Source: Amoebidium appalachense
Lineage: Eukaryota > Protista > Ichthyosporea
Direction of reading: 5' to 3'
Length of the DNA: 64,000 nt
Assembly: GCA_963693365.1 (NCBI GenBank)
Contig: CAVNZM010000005.1
Location: forward strand, 9,838,334 to 9,902,333
Every line of letters starts with the position of its first letter. The first letter of the stretch is position 1. Shown piece after piece: positions 12,851 to 37,281 of this stretch. The notes beneath the pieces were generated by a model. That model was not told the DNA's origin. It did not search any database and saw only the letters and a program-made list of their open reading frames with translations. The translations under genes were made by a program, and so were the position numbers.

Positions 12851-14317
12851 TCTTTTGACTCGGGTTTATTGATCCGTTGATGAAGGCAACGTGCAGCCAC
12901 AGGCTACATAACCACCAATAGAACTGAAAAAGCCAAAGCTATGAAATAAAAATAAAGCGACAAGTGACAAAGGACACCAGCGGGCAAAACCGTAAGTGTA
13001 CGTATATGCGTGAAACTAGTTTGCTCCAACTAGTCATATGCATCGATGTTGACCAGACCGCAAGAAGACATCATTACTGCTCCTTCCCAACAGGGGGGCG
13101 GGTTGGTGCAATGGTAAGATGTCTGCGTGTCAAGCTCAAAGTCGCAGGATCGATCCTGGTTACTTCCGATTTTTTTCTGCCTCGACGGTCCACCGGTCTG
13201 GCCGCCCCCTAGAAGCCATCACCCCAGACCACGTCAAAGCAGCACCACCAATTTGTTATCACCCGGCCGTAAGACATGACGTCATGAACAGCACCGGCCC
13301 TCTGACGTCGACGGCGCGCCGCTTGGGCATCCCGGCCCAACGTTCAAGTGGGAGACCAATCCGAGTCACCGGCCACGGTTCGGGTCAGCGTCCTGGGCAT
13401 GGGGTCTTCCCTTTCAAGTCTTTATGTTTGTGTATGTGTCCCGGGTCGCTCCCGGCTGGTGTTGTTAAAGTGAGCTGTGCTCATTTCCCCACTAGCGTTG
13501 CTGCGGCTAGAACCGTGGGATAAGGCGTAACTAAAAATAGTGCCAGTGGGGGTCAATTAGAATCCTGACTTATGAGTGTGCTATACAGTACGATCTGTGT
13601 CTAGGCGGAAGACGGTAAGCTCCCCTGAGGCAGTGCAAAAACGGGATAAAAAAAAAATAAAAAAATAAAAGCTCCTTCCCAACAGGCCCCCCTCAAAACC
13701 TATCGAGGCACAGCAAGCAAGTCAGCCTCTAAAAGAGCAATGCAGACCAAATCTGAGCTAAAGAACAATCCCAACGGGCCCGGCCCCTAGATAACCCGGA
13801 GAAAATGCATCTAGCTCTCTGATAAGGTGGCCTAGTTGTGGCAGGACACACAGAAAAACACAATTACAGAATGCATGCAAGCAAACCCGGTCATTGCCAT
13901 ACGACTGGAGGCTAAGGACTGGCAGTCACTTGGAAAGCTCCCCGACGACCAAGTAGCCGCCCCTCCACTCACGCAGCGCAGAAGTAGCTAGAGAAGTTGC
14001 AGCAGCCCACCGCCAATAGGTCGCGTAGAAGCTTAGACAGCGTGTAGAAGTTACCATAGGTTGCGGTGGACCACCGCCCGGCGTTGAAGAAACCACTTCT
14101 CAAGCGAGAAACTCTGCGAAAGGGAGATGCCCCCACACTCTCACAGCAGTAGGAATACACCAGGCCACACCACACACACGCTGCAGGCACGTTCCCCTGA
14201 GTGGGACTCCCTCCCACCACAAAAAGAAGAAACGAAAGCCTTTATATACCTGCCATGGTGAAGATTCGGGAAAAAAGTTGACGTCAGCTAAGAGATCGAA
14301 GTGAAAGTGAAGTCCCC
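12851..14317 (-). mobile_element. ~0.9-kb non-autonomous retroposon, copy 1, interrupted by a SINE
   Basis: 11-bp direct repeat AGAGTAATGTT at 12840-12850 and 14318-14328. Minus strand begins GGGGACTTCAC and ends AATAAA..caaaaga. Homologous along its length to ~49437-50350 in opposite orientation. Confidence 0.85.
13095..13670 (+). mobile_element. tRNA-derived SINE (~580 bp)
   Basis: Perfect 16-bp TSD GCTCCTTCCCAACAGG at 13079-13094 and 13671-13686. tRNA-like head with A box TGGTGCAATGG and B box GGATCGATCC in a CAGG/CCTG T-arm. A-rich tail ~13648-13670. Absent from the homologous position of host copy 2. Confidence 0.9.
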
Positions 14318-14768
14318 AGAGTAATGTTCAGCTTTGTTTATTTTTTTTCTGCCGGTATACAGTTTCTTGTAGTGCTGTTGAAAGCATATACAGCTGAGAA
14401 TCCATTTTAACAAGCTACCACTGAAATGCAACTTCCCCTCCCGCCCTTTTAGGTATCTGTAAACTTTTTGTTTGGCTCGGAATATTCCAAAGGGTCAAGG
14501 TTGCAATATGATCATGACGAAGATGTGACATGAATGCGGGTTTATTCTGCAGAAATGTATGCAGTGTCCTTCAAGGTCAAAAATGATGTCACAAGTTGGA
14601 ATAGAATGGATTTTTTCCCGTTCTGATCGACAGACGTGCCTGAAATCCAAAGCAAACATCGAGTTTGCCTACGTACACACTGGTGCCTGGTGGTTTTAGT
14701 TTGTGCCCACACACTGCACGTGCACTGGCCGATGGTTGCAACCATACAGCGCGTGCATGTCATGTAGC

Positions 14769-14801
<33 letters not shown>

Positions 14802-14809
14802 CACTGTGT

Positions 14810-14849
<40 letters not shown>

Positions 14850-16335
14850 ACACCTAGGCCGGCGGGCCAATGTTGGGAGGGGAAGGGGGGGCGGGGGGGG
14901 GGGGGGGGGGGGGGAATACACACGCCAGACGACACCGTGAGTGGTGTGTTGTGTCTGTGCAAGCGTGATTATGGGGGGGAGAGGGGGGAGGGGGGGGGGG
15001 GGGGAGGGGGGGGGGAGGAGGAAACAGGCAAACAGGTGTCACTGGGCAGAGAGGGCGGTGTGCACGTAGTGAGGAGTGAAAAGTGGTGGGAAATGGCAAA
15101 CAGGGTGAATGTTTTAAGCAAAAATATGGCCCAAGGTCCCGGGCTAGGGGACCCCTGCCCCCAATTCTAACACACACACAAACACAAACACACACACACA
15201 CACGTTGTCCAGCAGGCGAGTGCGCCCCCGCACTGCCCCGCAGGCGTACGTACACACACACGTCGGAGTCAGGAGACACGGGATCATAGGCTTTTTCAAC
15301 TATTTATTGCCGCCACCCACACGCACCAGCACAACCATATTTACACACGAGCCCAACAGGTTGTGCACATGCACACCCGCCCAATGCCTGTCTGCCGGCC
15401 TAAACCTATCGTGCGGGAATGAATACGACAAGCACCATATATAGCAGTGTAGAAGGCTCTATCCATGGATCGACACGAGGGAAACAAAGAAACAGGATTT
15501 TAAAACGTAAACTAAAATGCATGAAAAGGATTTTGATGAATTGGAGAAAGAAGAGGGAAAAAAGGTACAAACCCAACCACACAGAGCACGAACACACCAC
15601 ATTGTTATAATCGAAGAAAAAGAGCACCGAAGATTCAGAAAGAAAAGCAAACGCAGGGAGATAAGCCTAGACTGCTAGAATGTGTAAAAAAAATAAAACA
15701 AAAGTAAGCTTGTATATAATATTTCTAACCCCTGTCTGTTTTGCCACACCAGTTCCCTGCCTTTGGGTTTTCTAGGCAACTTAAGCTAAAATAGCGAGAA
15801 GAGGGATATAACACACCAAGTATATATAATAAATGGAAATGAGGGCATAAAGGCAAAAAACCCTGCCCCGGTCAAATCAAGCCAAAGCAATGAATAATTT
15901 ACCGCAAAATGCGGTTTTGAAGCACCAAGTTTCTATTCTAAACCTAGCTGTGACATAAAGTGTTAATAAAAACCCACCCGCCCTAGTAAAAAGTTCAGAA
16001 ACCCAAACTTCAAGTGATATTATCACCACCCATCAGAAAACCATTCCACACACCCCCACCCCCACCTGCTCACCACGCTCAGAAGACACAGTGAAACATT
16101 CACCATTTTCACCCACCATCTTCACCCGCCCCACCCACCCACCCACACGCTTCAACATCGCCACCACCACCACCTGGACCCACCCCCCACGCGTCAACAC
16201 CGCGAGCGAGACAGACCAGAACACCCCGTTCCAGATATAGCTAGATATTACCCAACAAGAACACCCATTTCCAGAGTCCACCCACAGCCATCCAAAAACA
16301 CCAGGTTCCACATTCCCTCATCAAAGAAAGAACGG

Positions 16336-16523
16336 CTAGTTCCAGATCTTGAGGAAGGAGTCCCAGCTTCCAGTGCACACTGCCATTCCGTCGGAGGAGA
16401 CGCCCAGGCAGCTAACACGGTTCTCATGGCCCTGAAGCTGACCTACACGGGTGCCCTTGAGAACGTCCCACACGTTGCAGTTGAAGTCGTCATAGCTGTG
16501 GAGGGCCAAAAAAAAAAAAAAAA

Positions 16524-16554
<31 letters not shown>

Positions 16555-16699
16555 AAGGAGAAGGGAAGAAAGAATGAATGGGAAGAAGAAAAGAAAGAGG
16601 AGGAACGCAGGAAAGGAAAGAATGCGGAGAAAGAGGGTTAGCATATGGTGTAAGGTATGGCGTGCAGAGATGCGCCTGGCGATTGCGGGTGGTGGTAGT

Positions 16700-16765
<66 letters not shown>

Positions 16766-17231
16766 TGTTTTTGTGTGAGTGGGTGGGTGGGTGGGTGGGG
16801 GGGGGGGGGGGGGGGAGGGGGGTTTGAATGCGGAACAGGGCACGAAGTACGCAAACACAACGAGAAGCATGGTGCAGGACACATGCAAGGGCAAACATTC
16901 AAGTATGCAACATAAGCCATGCGCACAGTATGCGTCATAAGCAGAGCCCATCCTCAGGGAGGGCCCAAGTCATTAATTGCGTCTGAGTTTCGACCCCTTA
17001 GCCTGCGTATATACGACGCTCCAACTCAGACAGCAGCATCAACTGAACTTGGGTGGGTCAAACGGGGGGGGGGGGGGGGGGGGGGGGGCTGGCTAGGATG
17101 GGGCCAGTACGAAAGACAGTCATACACAAAAATGAACATGCAGTAGGACGTGAAAGAGTGCCGTGTACGGAGAAAAAACATAGAAGGATGAGGGAGGGGG
17201 AGGAGGAGGAGGAGGAGGTGTGTGTGTGTGT

Positions 17232-17274
<43 letters not shown>

Positions 17275-18167
17275 GGTGGGCCCGAGGGGTTAGGGGGTTG
17301 GGCCCAGGACAAGGGGGGGGGAGGGGGGGGAACATTTGTGTACACAGCACAGAACGTAACAACACGAAAGGCATTCATGAATGCACACAAGGGAAGGGAT
17401 GGTAAGGGGTAAAGGGCCGGGGGAGGAGGGGGAGGGGGGAGGAGGGGAGGGAGGGGAAGGGGGATGAGAGGTGTTACAAATCACGAAGTACACACTGAGT
17501 ACGGACAGCACAAAAGCAGATTAAAGAAAGAGCACACACAAACGGCATGTATCTTTGACTCCTGTGTGTGTGTGTGTGTGTTTGTGTATGTATGCGCGGG
17601 TGAGGACGGGGAAGGGAAACAGCACATGCAGCACGACATGGAGTGCAGCTACTTCAAACATACGGTGTAGTGCACAAAGAACGTGCCATGATAGACACAC
17701 CAAGGTGCCAACACACGCATACAGACAGCCCATATCCACCTGTACCTGACAGTCTATATCCTCCATCCCCCTCCCCCCCCCCCCCCCCCCCCCCCCCACC
17801 CACACACACAGACACCAACCCACCACCACACGAGCCCCTTCTCTGCCTACCTCAAACAACCTCCCCCCCCCCCCTCTAGAAACAACACTGATCCACACCG
17901 CCGACACACAGGTGTGACCATCATCTTCCCTTTGACTAATTGTCGAACAAAAAACATCCAATCTTGAATGGTTCCTTTAGTACCACTCTGACGATATCAT
18001 AAACATAGCACTGGTTTTCCTGTGGTTCAGTATTCAAACTTAGGTGCGATGGACGTACAACACAAAGGGCATGCGATGGTGTGTGCGCTTACTGCGTGTA
18101 TGTTCAGGTCCGTGGGGGGAGAAAGGGACACGTGTACACACCCCAGCTGCATATGCTCCGTGTGTGT

Positions 18168-18216
<49 letters not shown>

Positions 18217-18738
18217 CTCTGTTCAGGTAGTACCCAGTGAAGAGTAAGGGGCCAGGCGTGTTTGTGCATTTGCAGATGTGCACGATGGAAAGAAAATCGT
18301 TGAGCGGGAGCCCAAGGAAGGCATGCTTCCCGTTCCCGTGTGTGTGAGTGTGCATGTGAGTGAGCAGTGTGCCTTGAGCGGGCGGGTCGACGGGCCGGGG
18401 GAGGGGGGTGAGGGGAGGGGGTTATGGTAGAGAGAAAAGGTGGTAGGTTAATTTGTATATAAAAGAAATAGAAAAAACACATACCCGGCAAAGAGCAGGC
18501 GACCAGATTTTGAGAATGCCACGGAGGTGATGCCGCAGAGAATACTGTCGTGGGTGTATGCCGTCATCTCGCAGTCGGCACGGATGTCAAACAGCCGGCA
18601 CGATGCATCGTCGGAGCCAGTAACAAATGCGTTGGAGTCAGGGAAGTGGATAATGGCGTTGATGTCGGACTCGTGGCCCGAAAACACCTGCACGCACTTG
18701 CCTGTGCGGATGTCCCATCTCCGTGCTTGCGCGTCGCA

Positions 18739-18777
<39 letters not shown>

Positions 18778-19422
18778 ACACACGCGAAGGGGAAACGGGG
18801 TTGGTGGTGGTGTGGTGGTGGCAATGTGTGTGTGTGTGTTTATTTGTGTGTGGGGAGAGAGAGAGGGGAGGGGGTGAGGGAGGAGGAGGAGGGGGGGGGG
18901 GGGGGGAAAGAAGGGGGGATGGGGGTTTCAGGTAACTATGGGTGCCTGGCTAGCAAATGCATGTGCTTGGTGGAAAACAGTGGTGGTAAATAACCTGTGT
19001 TACACTCATGATCACTGGGCCAGTAAGTGTGGTGAAAAAACACTGACTAAAACTATATGTGGTTGGCGGATATAGGAGCCCACAAAAAGGAGCAAAGGCA
19101 ACCAAAGCGTGCAGGGTTTTCCCGTAAAGAAGGGGGGGGGGGGGGGGGGGGGGAGGGGCCAAGCATGCATGCATGGCAAAAGGAAAGCAGGAAATCACAC
19201 AAACACGGGCAGCAGCTGTGAGCGCATGTATGCTTGGGGAACAGCACAAAGAAACCAGGTAAATCCTTACATTGTGAAGGAAATCGACAAGAGAAAGCAA
19301 TGGTGTGTGCACGTGTCAACATGTATGTGGTGGACTGGATTCCCGTGTGCATGCTGCAACTGCGGTCGTGTGTGTGTGTATGTGTGTTTGTTTTGGCGCT
19401 GGTTGTGAAGGTACCGGGAGGT

Positions 19423-19456
<34 letters not shown>

Positions 19457-20012
19457 GGGGATGCAATACACAAAAGTACAGACATACACCTAGAGCACTT
19501 TGTGTGTGTGTGTGTGTGTGAGGGGGGGGGAGGGGCGGGGAGGGGGGAGGACTCCTTGGCATCAAACACACAATCCACCGAATCACACACATGTGCATGT
19601 CCGCAATATACACGCCCATCCCCAGCCATACTCTCTGTATCCTCTCACTTCCCCACTACCATGCCACACCACAAATCGACGTCTGCTCACAGCAAACAAC
19701 ACATTAGTATCTAGTTACACAGCTACACCCTAACAAACATGTCACATTGACGTTCAAGAACATACCCGAGACGAATGTGTTCTGGTCTCCGGCCAGGGAG
19801 AGTGACATGACGTCACCGGTGTGGCCCTGGTACTGGGTCTTGAGCTGGCCGGTCTCGATGTCCCACAGCGCACACGTCATGTCCCCGCTGCTCGTCACAA
19901 TCTCCTTGTCGCTGATGAACCGGCAGCACGACAGGTAGCCTAGGTGTGTGTGTGTGTGGGCGTGTGGGTGTACGTGTGTGTGTGGGTTGGGTGAGCGGGT
20001 GGAGGGTGGAGT

Positions 20013-20058
<46 letters not shown>

Positions 20059-20235
20059 AGATTTTGGAATGCGGAACACAGTACGATAGTACAACTACAC
20101 AAAGAGGAACACGGTGCAGGACAAGTGCAAAAGGAAACATGTAACAGAATTAGCAACACGTAAGCGTAAACCATCCTTAGTGGAGTTAGTCATTGTGTGT
20201 GTGTGTGTGTGTTTGCGTGTATGTTTTTGTGTGTT

Positions 20236-20307
<72 letters not shown>

Positions 20308-20680
20308 TGGGGGGGGGGGGGTTTGAATGCGGAACACGGTACGAAGTACGCATACACGAAGGACACATGCAAAGGCAAACATTCAAGTATGCAACATCAG
20401 CCATGCGCACAGTATGCGTCATAAGCAGAGCCCATCCTCAGGGAGGGTCCAAGTCATCAATTTGCGTCTGAGTTTCGACCCCTTAGCCCGCGTATATACG
20501 ACTCTCCAAATCAGACGGCAGCATCAACTGAACTTGGGAGGGTCAACCCGTCTTGATCAAAGACGAGCAGGGTTGCTTATGCAAGCAAGGTGAGCGAAAA
20601 CGGTGAATATGTGTGTGCAAACTAATGCAGTGCAGCGGAAAATGTGTATGTGCTTACATATGCACGCCACAGAGCAACCA

Positions 20681-20717
<37 letters not shown>

Positions 20718-20810
20718 AATCTAAGAGGAGAAGGAGGAGGGGTGGGTGGATCGGTGGTAGTGGTGGGAAAGAGCGGGAGAGAGAGAGGGGGGGAGAGAGA
20801 GAGAGAGAGG

Positions 20811-20841
<31 letters not shown>

Positions 20842-21148
20842 CGCGCGCATGTGTGAAGGAGTAGAGGTAGTGGCGAGGAAGGTGTGTGGGCGGTATTAAA
20901 CGTGCATCTTTCTTGTAGCTGTGTGCTGGTCAGCATGCCGAGCCAAGGGGGTATGCTGAGGTCGAAAAGGGAAGAGGAAAAGGGAAAGAAGAAGGTGAGA
21001 GAAAGAGTACACGATAGCCGGGAGGGGGGGAGGGAGAGAGAGAAATAGGGAGGAAAAAGGGCAAGATGTGGTGGGAACAGAAGGCGGTAACAGAAGAAGG
21101 CGAAAGATGGACTTCACACGTTTTTCTTTGTTGGTGTTGCTTTGGTGT

Positions 21149-21187
<39 letters not shown>

Positions 21188-21215
21188 GTGGTGGTGTTGT
21201 TGTTGTTGTTGTTGT

Positions 21216-21261
<46 letters not shown>

Positions 21262-21530
21262 GGGGGAGGGGGGGGTAGTCCCAGATCAAGTCATCGACAC
21301 ACTATACGTTGCCTCATATTCCCCACCACAAGACAGAGCCCTCCTTGAACCATACTCAAACACAATGTATTACCCAACAACCTGCTTAACTCGCTATCCC
21401 CCCCCCCCCTCCTCCTCCTTCCACCCAACACATGCACACGCACACACACACACAGACACGGACACACACACACACCTGTCCCCCCCTTCCCTCCCTCCCA
21501 ATACATGAACACACACCTGTTCGCCCCCTT

Positions 21531-21576
<46 letters not shown>

Positions 21577-21791
21577 CGCGCATAAAAAAAAAACAAAAAA
21601 ATAAACATGGACTCATAATCATTTCTCCTATTTTACAAACAACCAAGAACCCACTCCTATATTAAAGCGAAGCCCCAAACCACCGCTCAAATGCACCAAA
21701 ACAGCAGCGCCATAGCTCATACCTAAAGCTAGACCATGCATCCAATCCATTGTAATACTGAAAGGTGCACGTCCCACACATGCAGTCCGAT

Positions 21792-21872
<81 letters not shown>

Positions 21873-23322
21873 ACCTTCCCCCAAAGACACACACGAACAC
21901 ACTAATAAGCACACCTACCCCATTCTCTAAAGTAGGAGCAAGCAAGGACAAGAAATTTCGTCCCACAAGAAACATATGATAATATTAATAACAACAAGAA
22001 AATGATAATGATAAAATTCATAACAACAACAACATTAACACACAAAAAAAAAGGCATTACCAGTGTGTGCAGCAAGCTCTCGGCTGACCCTAACCGCGCC
22101 CTCCCTCGTGCGCAAGTTGTAGATGGAGCAAATGTTGTCCAGGCCTCCGCATGCTACAAAGTTGCCGGACGGCGCATAGGCACACGTCATCACCCATGAA
22201 GACCGCAGGGGGATGGCGTGTACTTTGTTTGTTGAGTACGCATCCCACACAATCAGCTTGCCGTCTTGTGACGCACTCACCAAGTGCCTGCAGCTCCCCG
22301 TGAGCACTCTGCCACACCCACACAAACAATCTCTCTCTCTTTCTCTCTCTTCCCCCCCCCCCCCCCCTCTTTTGCTCCCCCTCCCCCCTCCCCACCTTTT
22401 TTGATCCTGCCCATGGCCCCATTTGCCCCAACTAGGGGCCCCGACAGGCAAAGAAAAAGGGAAAAAAGTCGGCTTCTCCCCGCTGTGGTACCAGCTCAAT
22501 CAATCAGAAAGGAGCCAGACGTCGAATGCACATAACCTACTGCCCAAAATTACAGAATCATAGAAAACCACCAGCTTAGCACATCATTTGCAAATTACTC
22601 AGTAACAATCACCGAGTTAGCTACAGATGTCTCTACCGTTGGCTGTATACCAGTCGTCCACACATCCGGAGCTGAACCACGTCCCAGTATTCCAACAGAA
22701 TTACATATACTAGCTGGCCCCTCTGGTGGCAAACCACACCCATCCATTCCAAACCCAAACGAACACCCTTCTGTATGCCCAGAACACGTACTTGTTGTCC
22801 GTTGCCCAGTGCATGGCGTAAATCTTGGCAAGGTGACCACGAAGGGTGCGCCGGACGCGCAGGGCAAGGCGAGGAATCTCAGAAACATCTGAATAAACAG
22901 TCCGTGAGACACCAGAAACGGAAAGAGATGTGAAACAAAAAACAAATACCACTTCAAAAAAGCTGGTTTCCAGGCATGGCTCCGAGCGCCATTCCGACAA
23001 ACTCTTATGAAGTGTTACCTCACAACCAATCTCAAGCTCATAGTATACACAACAAAATAATCACTTGCACGGGTGCAGCAGGCTGCTAGATGCACCCAGA
23101 AAAAACGATTCCAGAGGGGGGTGGGCCGAAAAACAAAACAAAACAAAACAAAAAACAGTGCTTAGGAAAGGCTTTCGCTTGCAGAACCCATACAGAAAGT
23201 ACGCACTTACCCTTCACGAACTCCACCAGGGTTGTATCACGTTTCGAGTCCCTTTCCGTCTTGATCTTTGCCTTAATCTCCTCCGCCTCCTTCTTCAACT
23301 GAGCGATCCTTTCTTCTGCCAT
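16336..23322 (-). CDS. GNB1: Heterotrimeric G protein beta subunit (WD40), 342 aa
   Basis: Exons 23322-23211, 22888-22792, 22287-22061, 19939-19766, 18743-18485, 16495-16336 (1029 nt). [69 protein letters not shown]. Probable 5'UTR intron 24463-23344 (AAG|GTAAGG ... CTAACAG). Confidence 0.97.
16821..17063 (-). repeat. Intronic structured repeat family, copy A (truncated)
   Basis: Near-identical to 20321-20550, 34699-34923 and 35208-35447; flanked by G-runs. Confidence 0.85.
20063..20680 (-). repeat. Intronic structured repeat family, diverged partial copy B (20063-20178) and full copy C (20321-20680)
   Basis: Copy C runs tttgaatgcggaacacggtacgaagtac...agagcaacca; copy B shares gaatgcggaacac and ggtgcaggaca; G-runs at the edges. 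Confidence 0.85.
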
Positions 23323-26300
23323 GGTTCTGAACACACCAATAACCTGTTAGTCACGCCACTCCACAAGCCCAACCGATGCTTAAAAATAACAGGAGTGTCA
23401 GGATTTAGGCGGTACACCAGAAAGCATTTCAACCGGGGATCATCACTAAAACATCGTCAACACTAAAACATCGACAAAAAAAGGCACGGGGTAAACAAGT
23501 CCAGCTTTGCACCAGTATATGAATCTTGGTGCTCAAGATGCTATTATAGCAACCCTGCATCCAATCCGTCGGCATTCCAACAACCTCCAATACCTTATTA
23601 CAGTGTTGTTATTAAGCGCTGTGCCACAATGCCTTCAACAAAAGGAAGTCGATAAAGCAACACCACCTCCACCTTCGCTCGTATTCATCAAACCTGTAGC
23701 GAAGAGGACTATTGTTCTGTGGTGATAGTGGTAGAAGCTGCAAGTTTTGGCTATTCGCACATCTCTCATGCTTTTCCTCCACCGCGCTGAAAACCCTCAC
23801 CCAAACACTCTAACAGCATTAAGATAAGCGCTATAGACTGGATTCACAATTTGAGGTTAATCCTTCACTGCTCCTCACACAACCAGGAGTTGAAGGTGGT
23901 CGTAACCGGCCATGGCCGATCCATTCCCGACCAAGCATGGGGTTTCGGTGCATCTGTAAACGATGTGCTATTATCGCCTAATTTACATATAATTGCTATA
24001 AAACTGCGTTGTCTTGTATCTCACACAAATACGGGACCACAACCAGGCATTCCGAAGTCTTAGAAGAAACAGCAATGGCTTTGTGTAGATTAAAAGCAAG
24101 AATCGTCTTACGATCTAATCTTGTTCCGAAGCTCGACAGGGCAGCGCACCCTTTGATGGAACAGAAATTATGATACCCGCTTCTACAATAGCCTTCGAAA
24201 AGAATCCACAACCACCCAAGCACAGAGCTGGGTCTATGGATGTAACACCTCTGTTTAGAGTGTTCAGTAGCTGTGAACAGTCCACGCGTGTGTTCGTCAT
24301 GTAATGAAAAAAAATATAGCGCTTTCCACCCGCCACTAAGCTAACGAGCAAAAAAAGGGAAAAAATTACACAGCTCAATAACATCCTGACAAAACGGTGC
24401 TTCGGTTTTCCGAGCTGGTTGATCCTGCTTGCTCCACGTAGTCAGCGGCAAGTAACTCCTTACCTTGTTTAAGATGAACGGGTTCCTGCTTGGCTCTGCT
24501 CTCTGTTATTCTAAAACACCCCTATAGTAAAAATAATATATAAACAGTGTGTAAATGTTTAAAACTAAGCTAGCATGCAAAATTCCGGGAAAGGGAATTA
24601 TTAAGTGGGTCACACAGCCACGGGTGTTCACACAGAAATGAATGTAAGCAACGGAATGCAAAAAGGAACGCAAGTCGGCTGGCGGCCGGCGGTAGTCTGA
24701 CAACTGAATGACGTCATACGTAATATCACAATTGCCTATGAACATCTGAACGACGTAACCCGACTGAATAAATACGCACTACAAAATGGCTAGGTGCTCT
24801 ACTATAAATTTTCTTGTGTCTACAGTTGAATTGAGAAAACCCTTGCCAGCTGAATGAATATCCTTCTATTTACTTTATCTAACATTAATGCCTTCGTGTG
24901 CTAATCAAAGCTAATCAAAGCCCGCTTGCTGGTTCCTCAAAGAATGAAAAATCGTGAAAGGGTGGTTACGTTATTAGACTAGAACGGCGGCAATTGTTGT
25001 TGTTGAATAGCAGACTGGTTTAAAGCATTCTGATTGGCTGTTAGTAAAAGGGTTTTGAAGCGGCAATCCAATTGCGCCCCAAAATAAGAAAAGTTTCGAG
25101 CGCGGCAGCGCGTTCCTGATTGCGGCCGCACAGTTTCTGATACAAGGCCTGTACACGTGATTACGGAGGTACACTGAAAACAAGAAGATAATAACAGCAA
25201 AATAGTCATGCTAGAGAAAAAACAACAACATAAATAATAAAAATACTTCGCAGCGTTGCTTTTACGTGTCTGCACCTGTCTACAGAGCAACAATAGGTGT
25301 CACAATAGGCGTAGCAGCAGTCAGGCCCGCAAGAAAATTCCTGAGACTTTTGGTGCCTCGCAACATTTGCCGCGCTCTGACTGTATGAACACATAAACTT
25401 GCCCTTTGGCAAGTCCGGGCAACGGTTCAACTTCAGTCTGGCAGAAGCAGCTCAATCATAGTTTTCCAACACATAATTATCCATAGCCTTCTCTGAGAAT
25501 AGAATTCAAAAGCATTAAAGCCTCTGCGCGTGCGTGCACGTCATGGCAATGCAAGGTCATGAGCTTCTGTGTGGATGTTCGATCAACATTGGCCATGCCT
25601 GTAGCATGCGATGATAATTTTGTGGGCTAAGCTAATGGACACTTTGTGTACAGTGTGTGAAGAGAAGTGCATGTGGAAGGGTATATGTGTTGGGTAGGGT
25701 GTTCGAGTGTGGAGAACCAAAAGTTTGCCGAACAGCGAATTGGAAACCCCAACGCAGGAATGCTGGCTAGTGCTGCGGTTGGATGCTAGCGCATGGAGAC
25801 CTAATATTAATGACAGCTGACATTCTGCACCACTGGCTGCTGACAGAAACGATTACCTGCCAACACTACTTGGAGGGGTCAATGTGGTGTTGATGGCTTC
25901 AGGAATGTGTGTGTCTGTGTGTCTGTGTTTCTGATTGTGTTTATGTGTGTGTGTCCTAGAGGCCTCGGCCCGGTGTACCGTGACCTCGGGGAGGTGATAC
26001 AGTGATGGTAGCAGTGATTATGTGTGTGCGGATGTGCATGGCACCCGTGTACTGTGGTTTTTTCTTTTTTTTCTTTTTTTTCTTTCTCCCTCTCTCTCTC
26101 TCTTTTTTTCGGGGGGGGGGGGGGGGGGGGGAGGGGGGGGGGGGGGGGGGGAGGTACTAATGATCCTGCAACAGAGTCGTTTACGAAGTCACTTTCATAG
26201 CGGACGATCGCAAAATGCCTGACAACGGGAAGCACACATCGAAAGCCTTGTCTTAGGGTGGGGAAGAGGGGAGGGAGGAGGATTGTGGGCGTTGGAAGGG

Positions 26301-27050
26301 GAGAGCTCGAGGGGGGAGACAGCAGGAAATCCAAGCAATTCGTTTATTCTGTTTACACTGAAGCTCGTATACATCGTGCATCACATCGAATCGATCAACT
26401 TAGGACACGTTGGACCTGTGAACCGATCTCTGGCGCAACCTTGATACTCAGTGGGTTGCGACCCTACCATGTGCACACCGACACACTTCTATGAACATTT
26501 TTACTTTATTGTGCTACCATGCCTCTGCATGCGAAAACACACAGGCATGATAGCGAATGTATTTATCTCTATTCAGCCTTCCAAATCCCTCTCATATAGC
26601 ATGTATACACCACCATCCAAAAACAAAGATCAAAGCGGAATAGCCAATACAGATCAAGAAACACTCAATACCATGTTGAACTCACCTTTTATATAGTCGA
26701 GACAGTAGGCTATGTCCATGCAATGCCAGGTTCAACACCGGGCATGGAGACATCAATATAGGAGGTGGGGAAAAAAATAAAAATAAAAGAAAATAAAATA
26801 AAATAAAATCACTTATGGGGTATATGTATGCGAGGGTGCATCAACCACCACCAACTGCTAGTGAAAACAAAAAATGCGCACACCCATTTTAGAGGGCAAA
26901 TTAGCCAGGGTCCAAGCCGATCTTGCCTTATTTAGTATTATCACACCAAGAAAATGCTTAGAACCACTCTCTTATCATAAAGCACAACACCTCATCTCAA
27001 GTCTGACTCCACTTAGCACACTACACCTCCAGTAACCAAAACAGTGCAAC

Positions 27051-37281
<10,231 letters not shown>

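Noticed and set aside
13093-13167. Functional tRNA gene
   Set aside because: Anticodon and acceptor stems are degenerate and it is the head of a TSD-flanked SINE
23996-24384. Short minus-strand ORFs with a signal-peptide-like start
   Set aside because: They lie within the probable G-beta 5'UTR intron and have no recognisable domain
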